Shown: positions 53,497 to 63,106 of the stretch, piece by piece
Position numbering within the stretch: position 1 is the stretch's first letter
How the letters are laid out: every line of letters starts with the position of its first letter
From: Anaeromyxobacteraceae bacterium
Lineage (GTDB): Bacteria; Myxococcota; Myxococcia; Myxococcales; Anaeromyxobacteraceae
Assembly (NCBI GenBank): GCA_035702585.1
Contig: DASSQI010000002.1
Span: 59-64,058, forward strand
Length of the DNA stretch: 64,000 bases
Reading direction: 5' to 3'
Notes under the pieces: generated by a model
Databases searched by the model: none
The model's input: the letters and a program-made list of their open reading frames with translations, nothing else
What the model was told of the DNA's origin: nothing
Made by a program: the position numbers and the translations under genes

Positions 53497-53546
53497 CACC
53501 GGGTGAACGTCGCCGCTGGAGAACGACGGCGGCGTTCACCCGGGTG
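53497..53546. terminator. long imperfect hairpin between tRNA-Lys and the cstA stop
   Basis: caccgggtgaacgtcgccg...cggcggcgttcacccgggtg, about 20-bp stem with one bulge and one mismatch; no U-tract. Confidence 0.45.
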
Positions 53547-53549
53547 GGC

Positions 53550-55250
53550 TCAGGCCGCCTTGGCCGTGGGCAGCGTCTCGGCGCGCGGCCTCGACACGGC
53601 GCGGGCCGCCTCGATGACGAGGAACGCGGTGAGCACGAACAGCAGCACCGCGACGACGACGTTCGCGATCGACGGGAACAGCAGGCGCCCCGTCTTCGCG
53701 TCCACGATCGCAGCGGTGAACTGCATCACCTGTCCCGCGAGCGACCACAGCGTGAAGATCATGAGGAACACCATCGGCGCGAACGTGAACCAGACGCGCT
53801 TGCCGCTCCTCTTCAGCCACACCGTGATGCCGAGCAGCGTCAGCGCCGCCAGGAGCTGGTTCGACGTCCCGAACAGCGTCCAGAACGTGCGATAGCCGCC
53901 GGGGCCCGTCGCGACGAGGACCGCGGCAGGGAGACCCGCGGTGATCGCCGTCGCGACCACGGCCGCGGTCCGGCCGTGGCTGTTGGAGAGCTCCTGCAGG
54001 ATGTAGCGGCCGAGCCGGGTCGCGACGTCGAGTGTGTCGAAGACGAACGTCGAGAACGCCATCGCGCCGAAGGTCGCCGCGAACAGGAACGCGCCGTCAC
54101 CCGTGATCACGGTGAGGAACCGGGCGATGCCGTCACCGTAGATACGGCCGGGAGCGCCGCCCTTCGCGGCCTCCGGCGCGACGATCATGATCGTCGCGAG
54201 CGCGATCACGGCCACGAACCCCTCGAGCAGCATGCCGCCGTACCCGACCGCCTTGCAGTCGCTCTCCTTCGCGATCTGCTTCGACGTCGTCCCGGAGCAG
54301 ACGAGGCCGTGGAACCCCGAGCACGCGCCGCACGCGATCGTCACGAACAGGAACGGCAGCATGGATCCCGACATGCCGAACATCGGGGCGGATGTGGTGA
54401 TCGGCTGCTTCACCTCGAAGCCGCCGAAGAAGATGCCGATGACGCCGACCGCGAGCGCCATGTACAGGACGAATCCGCCGAGGTAGCCGCGCGGCTGGAG
54501 CAGCATCCAGACCGGGAGCAGCGAAGCGACGAAGCAGTACGCCATGATCGTCACGGCCCAGGTCGTCTGCGAGTAGACGAGGAGCGTCGACACCTGCGTG
54601 CCGAGCCAGACGGCGCCCAGCGTCGCGGGCACGAAGATCACCGTCATGAGCCACAGCGGTGGGTCGAGCTTCTTCTGGATGAGGCCCATCACGATCGAGA
54701 GGAGCAGGTAGGTCGTCGACGCGAAGGCGACGGCGCCGCCCTTGTTGAACGCGAAGGTCCCCTGCAGCTCCTCCGTCTTGCCGACGAACGTGGCCGCGGT
54801 GATGTCGGCGAACGCGATGATGAGATAGACGAGCGCGATCCAGATGAACGCCAGCATCGCGAGCCACGCCCGCCGGCCGAGGTTCTCCTTCACGATCTCG
54901 GCGACCGAGCGCGCGCGGTGGCGGACGCTGGCGACGAGCGCCGAGAAGTCGTGCACGGCGCCGATGAACACGACGCCGAGCCCGATCCACAGGATCGCGG
55001 GCCCCCATCCGAACAGCTGGCACGCGAGGATTGGCCCGGCGATCGGACCCGCCGCCGCGATCGCGCTGAAGTGCTGACCGAGCAGGAAGAAGCGCTTGGT
55101 GGGGACGAAGTCGACGCCGTCGTTCACCTTCACGGCGGGGGTCGTCGCGTTGTCGTCGAGCGCGTACTGCCGCGCGATGAGACGGCCGTACAGCGTGTAT
55201 CCGAGTGTCAGGACGATGATGACGATCGTCGCCAGCAGAGTGAGGCTCAT
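53550..55250 (-). CDS. cstA: carbon starvation protein A (peptide/pyruvate transporter family)
   Basis: In ORF 53550-55388; start MSLTLLATIVIIV; LGQHFSAIAAAGPIAGPI, GAVHDFSALVASVRH, multi-pass membrane protein. Confidence 0.92.
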   Translation of the reverse strand: MSLTLLATIVIIVLTLGYTLYGRLIARQYALDDNATTPAVKVNDGVDFVPTKRFFLLGQHFSAIAAAGPIAGPILACQLFGWGPAILWIGLGVVFIGAVHDFSALVASVRHRARSVAEIVKENLGRRAWLAMLAFIWIALVYLIIAFADITAATFVGKTEELQGTFAFNKGGAVAFASTTYLLLSIVMGLIQKKLDPPLWLMTVIFVPATLGAVWLGTQVSTLLVYSQTTWAVTIMAYCFVASLLPVWMLLQPRGYLGGFVLYMALAVGVIGIFFGGFEVKQPITTSAPMFGMSGSMLPFLFVTIACGACSGFHGLVCSGTTSKQIAKESDCKAVGYGGMLLEGFVAVIALATIMIVAPEAAKGGAPGRIYGDGIARFLTVITGDGAFLFAATFGAMAFSTFVFDTLDVATRLGRYILQELSNSHGRTAAVVATAITAGLPAAVLVATGPGGYRTFWTLFGTSNQLLAALTLLGITVWLKRSGKRVWFTFAPMVFLMIFTLWSLAGQVMQFTAAIVDAKTGRLLFPSIANVVVAVLLFVLTAFLVIEAARAVSRPRAETLPTAKAA

Positions 55251-55441
55251 TGGGTTCCCCCCAGACGCGTCGCGGCCCGAATTGCACGGGGCGGCACGAA
55301 GTCCGGCAATCGTACAGCCCCCTGGGTGGCAGGTTGATTGGCCAGCGTGTGGCGCTGCGTTCGAGTGCGGCGCGTTGCCGCGGTCCAACTTGCGCCGCGT
55401 CCACGCGAGACGGCGATCTCGTGGGCACCTCGTGCGCAGGA

Positions 55442-55510
55442 CCCCGGTGACGGCGCGTTCACCTGGTGCGAAGGGCCCCGGTCACGGCGGGTTCCACCTG
55501 GTGCGAAAGG
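55442..55510. repeat. 2 x 34/35-bp tandem repeat in the cstA / iron-permease divergent region
   Basis: ccccggtgacggcgcgttcacctggtgcgaaggg / ccccggtcacggcgggttccacctggtgcgaaagg; a third cctggtgaatcgc fragment follows. Confidence 0.8.
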
Positions 55511-55625
55511 TCACTGCAGCGGGCCGGTCCCGCGCCCGCTCCGCCTGGTGAATCGCTTCCCGCGACGAGCAGTGACCGAGCGCTTGCTTTCGGCTGCACC
55601 GCAATCGAGTGCTTACCTTGTCGAC

Positions 55626-56033
55626 GTGAAGCGCGATTGGTTTGCCGGCCTGGCGTGGAAGACCTCCGAGGCCACGGGGACGCCGACCGGCTTCCTGGTC
55701 GCCGCCGCGATCGTCCTCGTCTGGGGCCTGACGGGGCCGCTGTTCCACTTCAGCGACACGTGGCAGCTCGTCATCAACACGGGGACGACCATCGTGACCT
55801 TCCTCATGGTCTTCCTCATCCAGGCGACGCAGAATCGCGAGACTCGCGCGTTGCACCTCAAGATGGACGAGCTCATCCGCGTGCAACGCAAGGCGAGGAA
55901 CATCTTCGCGGATCTCGAGCACGCTACCGAAGACGAGCTGAGCTCGCTCGAGGGGGAGTTCAGGAAGGTGCGCGCTCGCGCCGAGGCGCGGGCGAGCGTC
56001 ATGCAAGGGGAAAAGTCGCACAGCGAGCACTGA
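55626..56033 (+). CDS. low-affinity iron permease family (Fet4-like) membrane protein
   Basis: In ORF 55338-56033, GTG start; FLVAAAIVLVWGLTGPLFHFSDTWQLVINTGTTIVTFLMVFLIQATQNRE matches this family. Confidence 0.75.
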   Translation: MKRDWFAGLAWKTSEATGTPTGFLVAAAIVLVWGLTGPLFHFSDTWQLVINTGTTIVTFLMVFLIQATQNRETRALHLKMDELIRVQRKARNIFADLEHATEDELSSLEGEFRKVRARAEARASVMQGEKSHSEH

Positions 56034-56142
56034 CGGCACCGCCGCGGAAACCCTCGGCCGCTTCGCGCGCAGCGGGACGATCGAGCCGCCGCCGGCCGGG
56101 AGCGAGTCAGCGGGGGTGCTGGAGACGCGGAGCGATCGATGC

Positions 56143-57009
56143 TCAGCGCATCGATTCGGCGAGCGCACGTACCGCGGCGCGCGCTGCGCTCCGCGAGGGC
56201 GCACGCCACGGGCGCCCGTGCCCCGGCAGCACCCACTCGAACTCGAGGTCGGCGAGGCGCGCCATCGAGCGAACTTGAGCATCCCAGTCCCACCAGCAGA
56301 CCGCGCGCGACGCATCCAGCTGGCCCGCCGCGTTCGCCCACAGGTGATCTCCGGTGAACAGGAGCCTGTCGCGGACGAGGAGCGCCGACGACCCCGCGGT
56401 GTGCCCCGGCACGGGCACGACGAGCAGCTCGTCGGCGAGCGCGAAGGGATCATCACCCTGGACCTTCACCTCGACCGAGCGCGTGTCGCCCGTCACGTCG
56501 CGCGCATGGAGGACGCGATCGCAGCCGAGCGCCGAATGCCAGCGCGCATGGTCGGCGACGTCGTCGCGGTGAGTGAGGAACATCCAGCGGACGCCGCCGA
56601 GCTCGACGAGGCGCTTCAGCAGGGGCGCCGTGAACCGTGGCGAGTCCACGAGCACGTTGCCGGCCGAGGTCTGCACGAGCCACGCCGCCGCGCCGAAGGA
56701 GCTGCGGGCGGCATAGCCGCAGTCGAACAGCCCGGGCGCGATCTGCTCCGGCAGCGCGGCAGCGGCCTCGGCGACCCCCACCTTCGATCGCGAGCCGATC
56801 GCCGCCACGGGACACGACACGAGCGCGACCAGGGCGCGGCGCCGCTCGTCCGGATCGCTCGGCTGGCGCTGCACGAACGCGACCTCGTCCTCGTCACCGC
56901 CGAAGGTCTCGGGCGCGAAGCGGCGGCACGTGTCGCAGGCGATGCAGGATTCGTCGACGAACAGGTCGCCGGGGGCGTTCCGGGCGAGATCGCGGTGGGC
57001 GCGAGCCAC
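56143..57009 (-). CDS. MBL-fold metallo-hydrolase with N-terminal ferredoxin-like Cys motif
   Basis: In ORF 56143-57195; CIACDTCRRFAP, metal site FLTHRDDVADH, VPGHTAGS, LPGHG; start uncertain (GTG 57009 chosen; upstream part is Pro/Arg-rich). Confidence 0.8.
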   Translation of the reverse strand: MARAHRDLARNAPGDLFVDESCIACDTCRRFAPETFGGDEDEVAFVQRQPSDPDERRRALVALVSCPVAAIGSRSKVGVAEAAAALPEQIAPGLFDCGYAARSSFGAAAWLVQTSAGNVLVDSPRFTAPLLKRLVELGGVRWMFLTHRDDVADHARWHSALGCDRVLHARDVTGDTRSVEVKVQGDDPFALADELLVVPVPGHTAGSSALLVRDRLLFTGDHLWANAAGQLDASRAVCWWDWDAQVRSMARLADLEFEWVLPGHGRPWRAPSRSAARAAVRALAESMR

Positions 57010-57182
57010 CAGCCACGCATAACCGGGGTCGCGCGGCGCGGCAGGGGAGCTGGGTCCACGCGCATCACGTCGACCTTCGGTCGGTCCCCAGGGCGGCAGC
57101 GACGACGGCGACGACCACCCCCCATATGCTCGGTCCGGCGGTCGCCACTGCGCACGGTGATATGGTCTCGGCAGGGACCCCC

Positions 57183-58301
57183 ATGGCCGACGCACGCGAT
57201 CCCAAGCCTTCCCCGCGAGAGCTGAGCGAGCTGCGCACGCTCATCGACAACCTGGACGAGCAGATCCTGAGGCTCCTGAACGAGCGCGCCGCGATCGCCG
57301 CCGAGGTCGGGGAGTACAAGCGCGCTGCCCAGCCCGGAGCGGCGTTCCACGTGCCGGCGCGAGAGCGCGAGGTGCTCTCCCGGCTCGAGGCGCTGAACAG
57401 CGGGCCGTTCCCGACCGACGCGATCAGGGCCGTGTTCCAGGAGATCATGAGCGCGTGCCTCAGCCTCGAGCGTCCGCTCCGCGTCGCCTTCCTCGGCCCC
57501 GAGGGAGCGTTCTCGCACCAGGCGGTGAAGCACCAGTTCGGCCTGTCGGCGCATCCGCTGCCGCAGCGCTCGATCGCGGAGGTGTTCCACGCGGTCGAGG
57601 GGCACCAGTCGGACTACGGCGTCGTGCCGGTCGAGAACGCGACCGAGGGCGTCATCGACGCGACGCTCGACGCGTTCCTGGAGAGCCCCCTCCGCATCAT
57701 CGGGGAGATCCTGCTCCCGCTCGAGCTGGCGCTGCTCGTGCATCACGACGCCGACCCTGCGAAGGTCCTGCGCGTCTACGGCCAGGCCGAGTCGTTCCGG
57801 CACGCCGACGCGTGGCTCTCGGGGCACCTCGCATCGGCGGCGCGGGTCGTCGCGTCGACGGCGGTGGAGGCGGCGCGGCTCACCCGCGAGGATTTCGACG
57901 GCGCCGCCGTGGCGCCCGACGTCGTCGCGAAGCTGTTCGACCTGAAGGTGGCCGCGGAGAACGTCCAGGGCGCAGGCTCGGACGCGACGCGATTCTGGGT
58001 GCTGGGGACGAGGTCCCCGGCGCCGACCGGGCGCGACCGCACGAGCCTCGTCGTCTCGGTGAAGAACAGCCCCGGCGTGCTGCTCCGGGTGCTGGAGCCG
58101 CTCGCGCGACGGGGGATCGACCTCTCGCGCATCGAGAGCCGCCGCGCACGGCGCCGGTCGGGCGAGTACGTGTTCTTCCTCGACCTCGACGGGCACGAGG
58201 CCGAGGAGCGCGTCGCCGCCGCGCTCTCGGAGGTGGAGCAGGTCAGCGCCGGGCTGAAGCTGCTCGGGAGCTATCCCAGGGCCGAAGAGCTGCGCCGCTG
58301 A
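57183..58301 (+). CDS. pheA: bifunctional chorismate mutase / prephenate dehydratase
   Basis: In ORF 56637-58301; start MADARDPKPSPRELSELR; CM domain LRTLIDNLDEQILRLLNERA, PDT RVAFLGPEGAFSH, TRFWVLG, ACT TSLVVSVKNSPGVLLRVL. Confidence 0.92.
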   Translation: MADARDPKPSPRELSELRTLIDNLDEQILRLLNERAAIAAEVGEYKRAAQPGAAFHVPAREREVLSRLEALNSGPFPTDAIRAVFQEIMSACLSLERPLRVAFLGPEGAFSHQAVKHQFGLSAHPLPQRSIAEVFHAVEGHQSDYGVVPVENATEGVIDATLDAFLESPLRIIGEILLPLELALLVHHDADPAKVLRVYGQAESFRHADAWLSGHLASAARVVASTAVEAARLTREDFDGAAVAPDVVAKLFDLKVAAENVQGAGSDATRFWVLGTRSPAPTGRDRTSLVVSVKNSPGVLLRVLEPLARRGIDLSRIESRRARRRSGEYVFFLDLDGHEAEERVAAALSEVEQVSAGLKLLGSYPRAEELRR

Positions 58302-58390
58302 TGCTCACGCGCTCGGTTGCGTGAGGATCAGCGCCGCTGACGCTCACGCGCTCGGTTGCGTGAGGAGCTGTCGGCTGACGCTCACGCGCT
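58293..58390. repeat. about 2.5 x 38/39-bp tandem repeat, each full unit a hairpin, between convergent pheA and kinase genes
   Basis: Units begin near 58293, 58331, 58374; hairpins ctcacgc-gctcggtt-gcgtgag at 58304-58325 and 58343-58364; unit 1 holds the pheA stop, unit 3 the kinase stop. Confidence 0.85.
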
Positions 58391-61300
58391 GGCGCTTCGC
58401 AGCGGCAGCTCGATGTGGAACGTGCAGCCTTCGCCGGGCGCGCTCGACAGCGTGAGCGTACCGGCGTGTGCCTCGGTGATCTCTCGCGCGATGTAGAGGC
58501 CGAGGCCGAAGCCGCTCACGTTCATGTAGGAGACGGCCCGCTCGAACGGCCGGAAGACGCGCTCCAGATCCTCCGAGGCGATCCCGCGGCCGTGGTCGGT
58601 GATCGAGATCCGCGCGCTCGCGCCGTGCGACGAGATCGTGACGTCGATCGGCGCGCGCGGCGCGTACTTGAGCGCGTTCGTCAGCAGGTTCGTGAACACT
58701 TGCTCGAGGCGGACGCGATCCCACTCTCCGTGAATCTCCCGGGCCGCGTGCAGAGCGATCTCGCACTCGGCGAGCCGCGCCTCCTCGGCGTGGCGCTCGA
58801 TGACCTCCCGCGCCATGGACACGAGCTCCATCGGGCGGCGCTCGAGGCGCAGCCGCTTCGTCCCGATCCGCGTCGCGTCGAGGAGGTCGTCGACGAGCGA
58901 CCCGAGGCGGTGGATCTGCACGTCTGCGCGCGAGAGCAGGTCGTGCAACCGCTCGGGCGGGATGTTCGCGAGGTCGCCGCGGATGACCGCCCGCTTCACC
59001 GCCTGGATGCTGAGGCGCAGCGGCGTCAGCGGCGTCTTCAGCTCGTGCGACGCGATCGCGAGGAACTCGTCACGCGCGCGGATCGCCTCCTGGGCGCTGT
59101 GGAACAACGTGGCGTTCTCGAGCGCGAGCGCGGCGCGGTGCCCGAGCTCCTCGGCGACGACGAGGTCGTCGGGGAGCTGCAACGCGCTCTCCGCGCCCAT
59201 GAAGAGCGAGAGCGCCCCCACCGTCCGGCGGCGCGCGATGAGCGGCACCGTGACGTTCACGGGGTAGGTGTCGAGCTGCCGGAGCGGCTCCGGCCAGGGG
59301 TTCTCCGCTCCCGCGGAGCCTTGCGCGGGGAATGGGCGCCCCGACCTGAGCGCGTGCGCGATGCAGGGCACGGCTCCGAGCGACCCTGCAACGCAGTCCA
59401 GCGCCGTCGTCTCCGGCTCCTGGCCCGCGCCGTTCGCGCGCGCGAACCAGAGCCGCGCCGGGCCCGCGCCGGGCCGCACCCAGAGCAGCGCCGCCTCGGC
59501 GAGGTGCGGCACGGGCAGGTGGACCACGGTCTTCCCGGTCGCCTCGACGTCGAGCGACGCCGCGAGCTTCTCGCTGACCTGCGCGAGGAACCGCTCCATC
59601 GCGGCCTCGCGCGCGAGCAGCCGCTCCCGCTCCCTGTGGTAGTCGATCTTCTTCCGCAGCTCGGCCGGAGGGACGCGCAGCTCCGCGAGCAGCGCCGCGT
59701 ACGCCGAGGAGACGTCACGGGCCTCCTGTGTGGACACGAGCTGCTCCGCCTTCACCGCGGCGTGGGCCGCTGCCGTGCCGATCGAGGCCGCGAGCGCCGT
59801 CTCGGCCTCGGCCTCGAGCTGCGCGAGCTGGAGCGCGGTGAGGCCGCTGCCGTGCGACGCGCCGATCCTCGCCAGGCACGCGGCCGCGAGCGCCTCGGGC
59901 GCCGTGCCCGAGTGGTAGTGCGCGAACATCGCGACGAGGCGGCGCTGCTTCTCCTCGACCGTCGCGATCTCCGGCGCGTCGGGGAGAGGCAGCGCGGGCG
60001 ACGGCGCCGTCTCCGCGCGGAGGAGCCGCGCCACGCGCCGGTATTCTTCCGCGCCGGCTGGCGCCAGGATCGAGCCGACGACGAGCCCGACGCCGTTCAG
60101 GAGCAGCGACCAGAGCACGCAGTGAGTGACGGGGTCGAGGTCGCCGACGCCGAACAGCGCCTCCGGTCGGAGCGCGGAGACGTCCCACGGTCCCTCCGTG
60201 AGCAGGGACTGCGCGACGATGCCCGCGCGCGCGAGCGCAGGGATGACCATCGTGTAGATCCAGGTCGCGAACCCCGCCGCGAGGCCGGCGAGCGCCCCCG
60301 CCTTGCTCACGGTGCGCGACAGCAGTCCGGCGATCAGCGCCGGCGCGAGCTGCAGCACCGCGGCGAACGACACGAACCCCATCGTCGCGAGCTCGTACCG
60401 GTGGCCGAACCCGCGCTCGAACGCGAAGGCGGCGAGGATCACCGCCGCCGCCGCGGCCCAGCGGGTCAGCAGGAGGTGCCTGCGGAGGGGGTGCAGCCGT
60501 CTGAACGCGCCGAACAGCGGCAGCAGCAGGTGGTTCGAGATGGCGGTCGAGAGCGCCATCGTCTCCACGACGATCATGCCGGTGCCGGCCGAGAACCCGC
60601 CGACGAACACGAACCACGCGAGCAGGCGGTGGCCGGCCTCGTAGGGGATGTGGAGCACGTACTGATCGGCCTCTCCGATCGGATGACCGAGGAGCGGTCC
60701 CGCCAGCGCGATCGGCACGACGAAGAGGTTGATGACGAGGAGGTACGCGGGGAACGCCCACATGGCCGTGCGCACGTGGCGCTCGTCCGAGTTCTCCACG
60801 ACGGCCACGTGGAACTGGCGCGGCAGGACGAGCACCGCCGCGGCGGACACGAGCGTGTGGGCCACCCAGCTGGTCGGGCCGACGCCGCCGGCGAGATCGG
60901 ACGGGCCGGTCCGCGCCGCGAGCGCGCGCCCGAACAGGTCGCCGAAGCCGTCGAACATCACGTAGGTGATGAACCCGCCGGCGGCGACGAACGCGACGAG
61001 CTTGACGGCGCACTCGACCGCGAGCGCGGTCATCATCCCGGGGTGACGCTCCGTGGGCCTCACCCGCCGGATGCCGAACAGGATCGTGAAGAGCAGCATC
61101 AGCCCGACGATCCACGGGCCAGCGCTCTTGCCGATCGCCGGGTACGCCCACGACGGATCGCTCCCCGCGACGAGGCCGGTGGTCGCGATGAGGACCTTGA
61201 GCTGCAGCGCGAGGTACGGGACGAGGCCTGCCACCGTGAGCACGGTCGCGAGCTGCGCGATGCCCTGCGAGCGGCAGTACCGGAGCGACAGGAGATCCGG

Positions 61301-61627
61301 CAGTCCGGTGAGACCGTGCTGCTCCTTGAGCGCCACGAGCCTGCGCAGGAGCGGCCACCAGAAGACCGCGACGAGCGTCGGGCCGAGATAGACCGTCAGG
61401 AACAGGAGGCCGCCCGTCGCCGCGAGGCCGACGCTCCCGTAGTAGGTCCAGGTCGTGCAGTAGACCGCCTGCGAGAGCGAGTAGACGAGGGCGTTCCGCG
61501 ACACGTTCCTGCCGCGCTTCTCCGCGCGCTCCGCCCAGAGCGCCACGACGAGGAGCAGCCCGACGTAGGCGCCGACGACGGCGAGCGCGACGAGCAGATC
61601 ACGCACCGTGGTGGTTCCGGTCGTCAC
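58382..61627 (-). CDS. sodium:solute symporter (SSS) domain fused to GAF-like / HisKA / HATPase sensor histidine kinase
   Basis: 1081 aa; about 13 TM N-terminal SSS-like domain, then H-box IASHELKTPLTPL, N-box LLTNALKYA, GFGLGLYIAREITEAHAG. Confidence 0.88.
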   Translation of the reverse strand: MTTGTTTVRDLLVALAVVGAYVGLLLVVALWAERAEKRGRNVSRNALVYSLSQAVYCTTWTYYGSVGLAATGGLLFLTVYLGPTLVAVFWWPLLRRLVALKEQHGLTGLPDLLSLRYCRSQGIAQLATVLTVAGLVPYLALQLKVLIATTGLVAGSDPSWAYPAIGKSAGPWIVGLMLLFTILFGIRRVRPTERHPGMMTALAVECAVKLVAFVAAGGFITYVMFDGFGDLFGRALAARTGPSDLAGGVGPTSWVAHTLVSAAAVLVLPRQFHVAVVENSDERHVRTAMWAFPAYLLVINLFVVPIALAGPLLGHPIGEADQYVLHIPYEAGHRLLAWFVFVGGFSAGTGMIVVETMALSTAISNHLLLPLFGAFRRLHPLRRHLLLTRWAAAAAVILAAFAFERGFGHRYELATMGFVSFAAVLQLAPALIAGLLSRTVSKAGALAGLAAGFATWIYTMVIPALARAGIVAQSLLTEGPWDVSALRPEALFGVGDLDPVTHCVLWSLLLNGVGLVVGSILAPAGAEEYRRVARLLRAETAPSPALPLPDAPEIATVEEKQRRLVAMFAHYHSGTAPEALAAACLARIGASHGSGLTALQLAQLEAEAETALAASIGTAAAHAAVKAEQLVSTQEARDVSSAYAALLAELRVPPAELRKKIDYHRERERLLAREAAMERFLAQVSEKLAASLDVEATGKTVVHLPVPHLAEAALLWVRPGAGPARLWFARANGAGQEPETTALDCVAGSLGAVPCIAHALRSGRPFPAQGSAGAENPWPEPLRQLDTYPVNVTVPLIARRRTVGALSLFMGAESALQLPDDLVVAEELGHRAALALENATLFHSAQEAIRARDEFLAIASHELKTPLTPLRLSIQAVKRAVIRGDLANIPPERLHDLLSRADVQIHRLGSLVDDLLDATRIGTKRLRLERRPMELVSMAREVIERHAEEARLAECEIALHAAREIHGEWDRVRLEQVFTNLLTNALKYAPRAPIDVTISSHGASARISITDHGRGIASEDLERVFRPFERAVSYMNVSGFGLGLYIAREITEAHAGTLTLSSAPGEGCTFHIELPLRSASA

Positions 61628-61844
61628 GGGCGCGGTTCGCTCCGCCGTACGCGCGAGCGAGCGCGAACAGCGCGACGATGAGGAGGGCCCACGCGCCGAA
61701 CAGGTGGAGCCACGCCTGCGAGAGCGTGAGCCGTGGTATCCGCACGAGCGGCCAGCAGAAGAGGAGCAGGGCGATCGTCGCGATGGCGGCCGCGACGGCG
61801 TTCGTGCGCGCGGTGGTCCGTGCGCGATCCGACCTGGGGGTCAT
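61599..61844 (-). CDS. small two-helix membrane protein preceding the symporter-kinase (DUF485-like position)
   Basis: 81 aa in ORF 61599-62513; start overlaps receiver stop (ATGA); helices AVAAAIATIALLLFCWPLV and WLHLFGAWALLIVALFALA; overlaps kinase start by 29 nt. Confidence 0.6.
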   Translation of the reverse strand: MTPRSDRARTTARTNAVAAAIATIALLLFCWPLVRIPRLTLSQAWLHLFGAWALLIVALFALARAYGGANRARDDRNHHGA

Positions 61845-62221
61845 CGCTCGGCCGCGAGCGGCGGGGCGCAGTACCGCGCGATCGTCGCCATGAGGGCGTC
61901 GAGGTCGAACGGCTTCGGGATGTACACCTCCGCGAGGCTCGCCGCGATCGACGCCATCGCGCCGAACGCGGAGACGACGATGACCGGCAGGCGCGACAGC
62001 CCGGGGTCGCGGCGCATGAGCCCGAGCAGCTCCGCCCCGTCCATCTCCGGCATCATGATGTCGAGGACGACGAGCGATGGCGGCGAGGTTCGAAGGCGCT
62101 CCCAACCCTCGACACCGTTCGCCGCGAGCGACACGGTGTAGCCTTCCAGCTCCAGCGACATCCGGAGCAGGTCGCGCGTCGCGCCGTCGTCTTCCACGAC
62201 GAGGATTTCGGCGCCAGACAT
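61841..62221 (-). CDS. single-domain response regulator (receiver only)
   Basis: 126 aa in ORF 61841-62449; ILVVEDDGATRD, LDIMMPEMDG, VVSA, PKPF. Confidence 0.85.
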   Translation of the reverse strand: MSGAEILVVEDDGATRDLLRMSLELEGYTVSLAANGVEGWERLRTSPPSLVVLDIMMPEMDGAELLGLMRRDPGLSRLPVIVVSAFGAMASIAASLAEVYIPKPFDLDALMATIARYCAPPLAAER

Positions 62222-62364
62222 GGGCTCTCCGGTCGTCAAGATTACATGATGTCGCAGCGTGGGAGCGGCGCTGTACCCAGCGGGGTTGCTGCCCCAGACC
62301 GCCCCGGAACTCCGTGGCCTGAACGGCGCGACGCTGCCATTCCGGGACATACGCCCGCTCTCGG

Positions 62365-63060
62365 ATGGAGGCTCCCGTGGGTCGCTCTCGCCACCTCGTC
62401 CTCGCGCTCGCCCTCGGGCTCGCCGCCTTCGCGTCGGCGCGCCCGGCAACGGCCGCGACGCCCGCTCCGCGCGGCGCTCCGGCTGCCCGTTCGATCGAAC
62501 CGCTCGACGTCACCCGCGAGTTCTACAAGGCGCTCCACGCCGGCAACGCGCGCGCGGCGGCGAAGCTGACCTCGGCGTCCGACGCCGAGCCGGTGCTTCG
62601 CTCGTTCGTCCAGATCTCGCGCTCGTACCGCACGCTCGAGGAGGCGCTGGCGAAGCGCTTCGGGCCCGAAGCCGCAGAGCAGGTCGGCTACGGGCGGAAG
62701 GTTCAATCGGAGATCAAGGCGCTGCTCGGCGCGACGGTGGAGATCGACGGGGACACCGCGCGCGTCGCCGGGCTCGACGGCCACACGATCACCACCCTGA
62801 AGAACGTTCGCGGGGTGTGGCGCGTCGAGCTGGAGGAGGCGCTCGAGACGGCGGACGGGCGCGCTGCCTTCGCCGCCCAGGCGCGTGCGACCGAGGGCGC
62901 CGCGAAGAAGGTCGTCCCGCGGATCCGGAGCGGCAAGTACTCGACGCCGCGCGCGGCGGTGGACGACTTCGAGGCGCAGGTGGCGCGCGCCGCTGCCGGC
63001 GTGCGGGGAGGCATGCCGCCGGAGCGGGGCGCGCCCGAGCCGGAGGGCACGCAGCTCTGA
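62365..63060 (+). CDS. secreted hypothetical protein
   Basis: 231 aa; signal peptide LVLALALGLAAFASARPATA; no family recognised. Confidence 0.65.
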   Translation: MEAPVGRSRHLVLALALGLAAFASARPATAATPAPRGAPAARSIEPLDVTREFYKALHAGNARAAAKLTSASDAEPVLRSFVQISRSYRTLEEALAKRFGPEAAEQVGYGRKVQSEIKALLGATVEIDGDTARVAGLDGHTITTLKNVRGVWRVELEEALETADGRAAFAAQARATEGAAKKVVPRIRSGKYSTPRAAVDDFEAQVARAAAGVRGGMPPERGAPEPEGTQL

Positions 63061-63106
63061 GCGCGGCGCCGCCGTAGCTCCTCGACGCGAGGAGAGGCGG
63101 AGCTCG

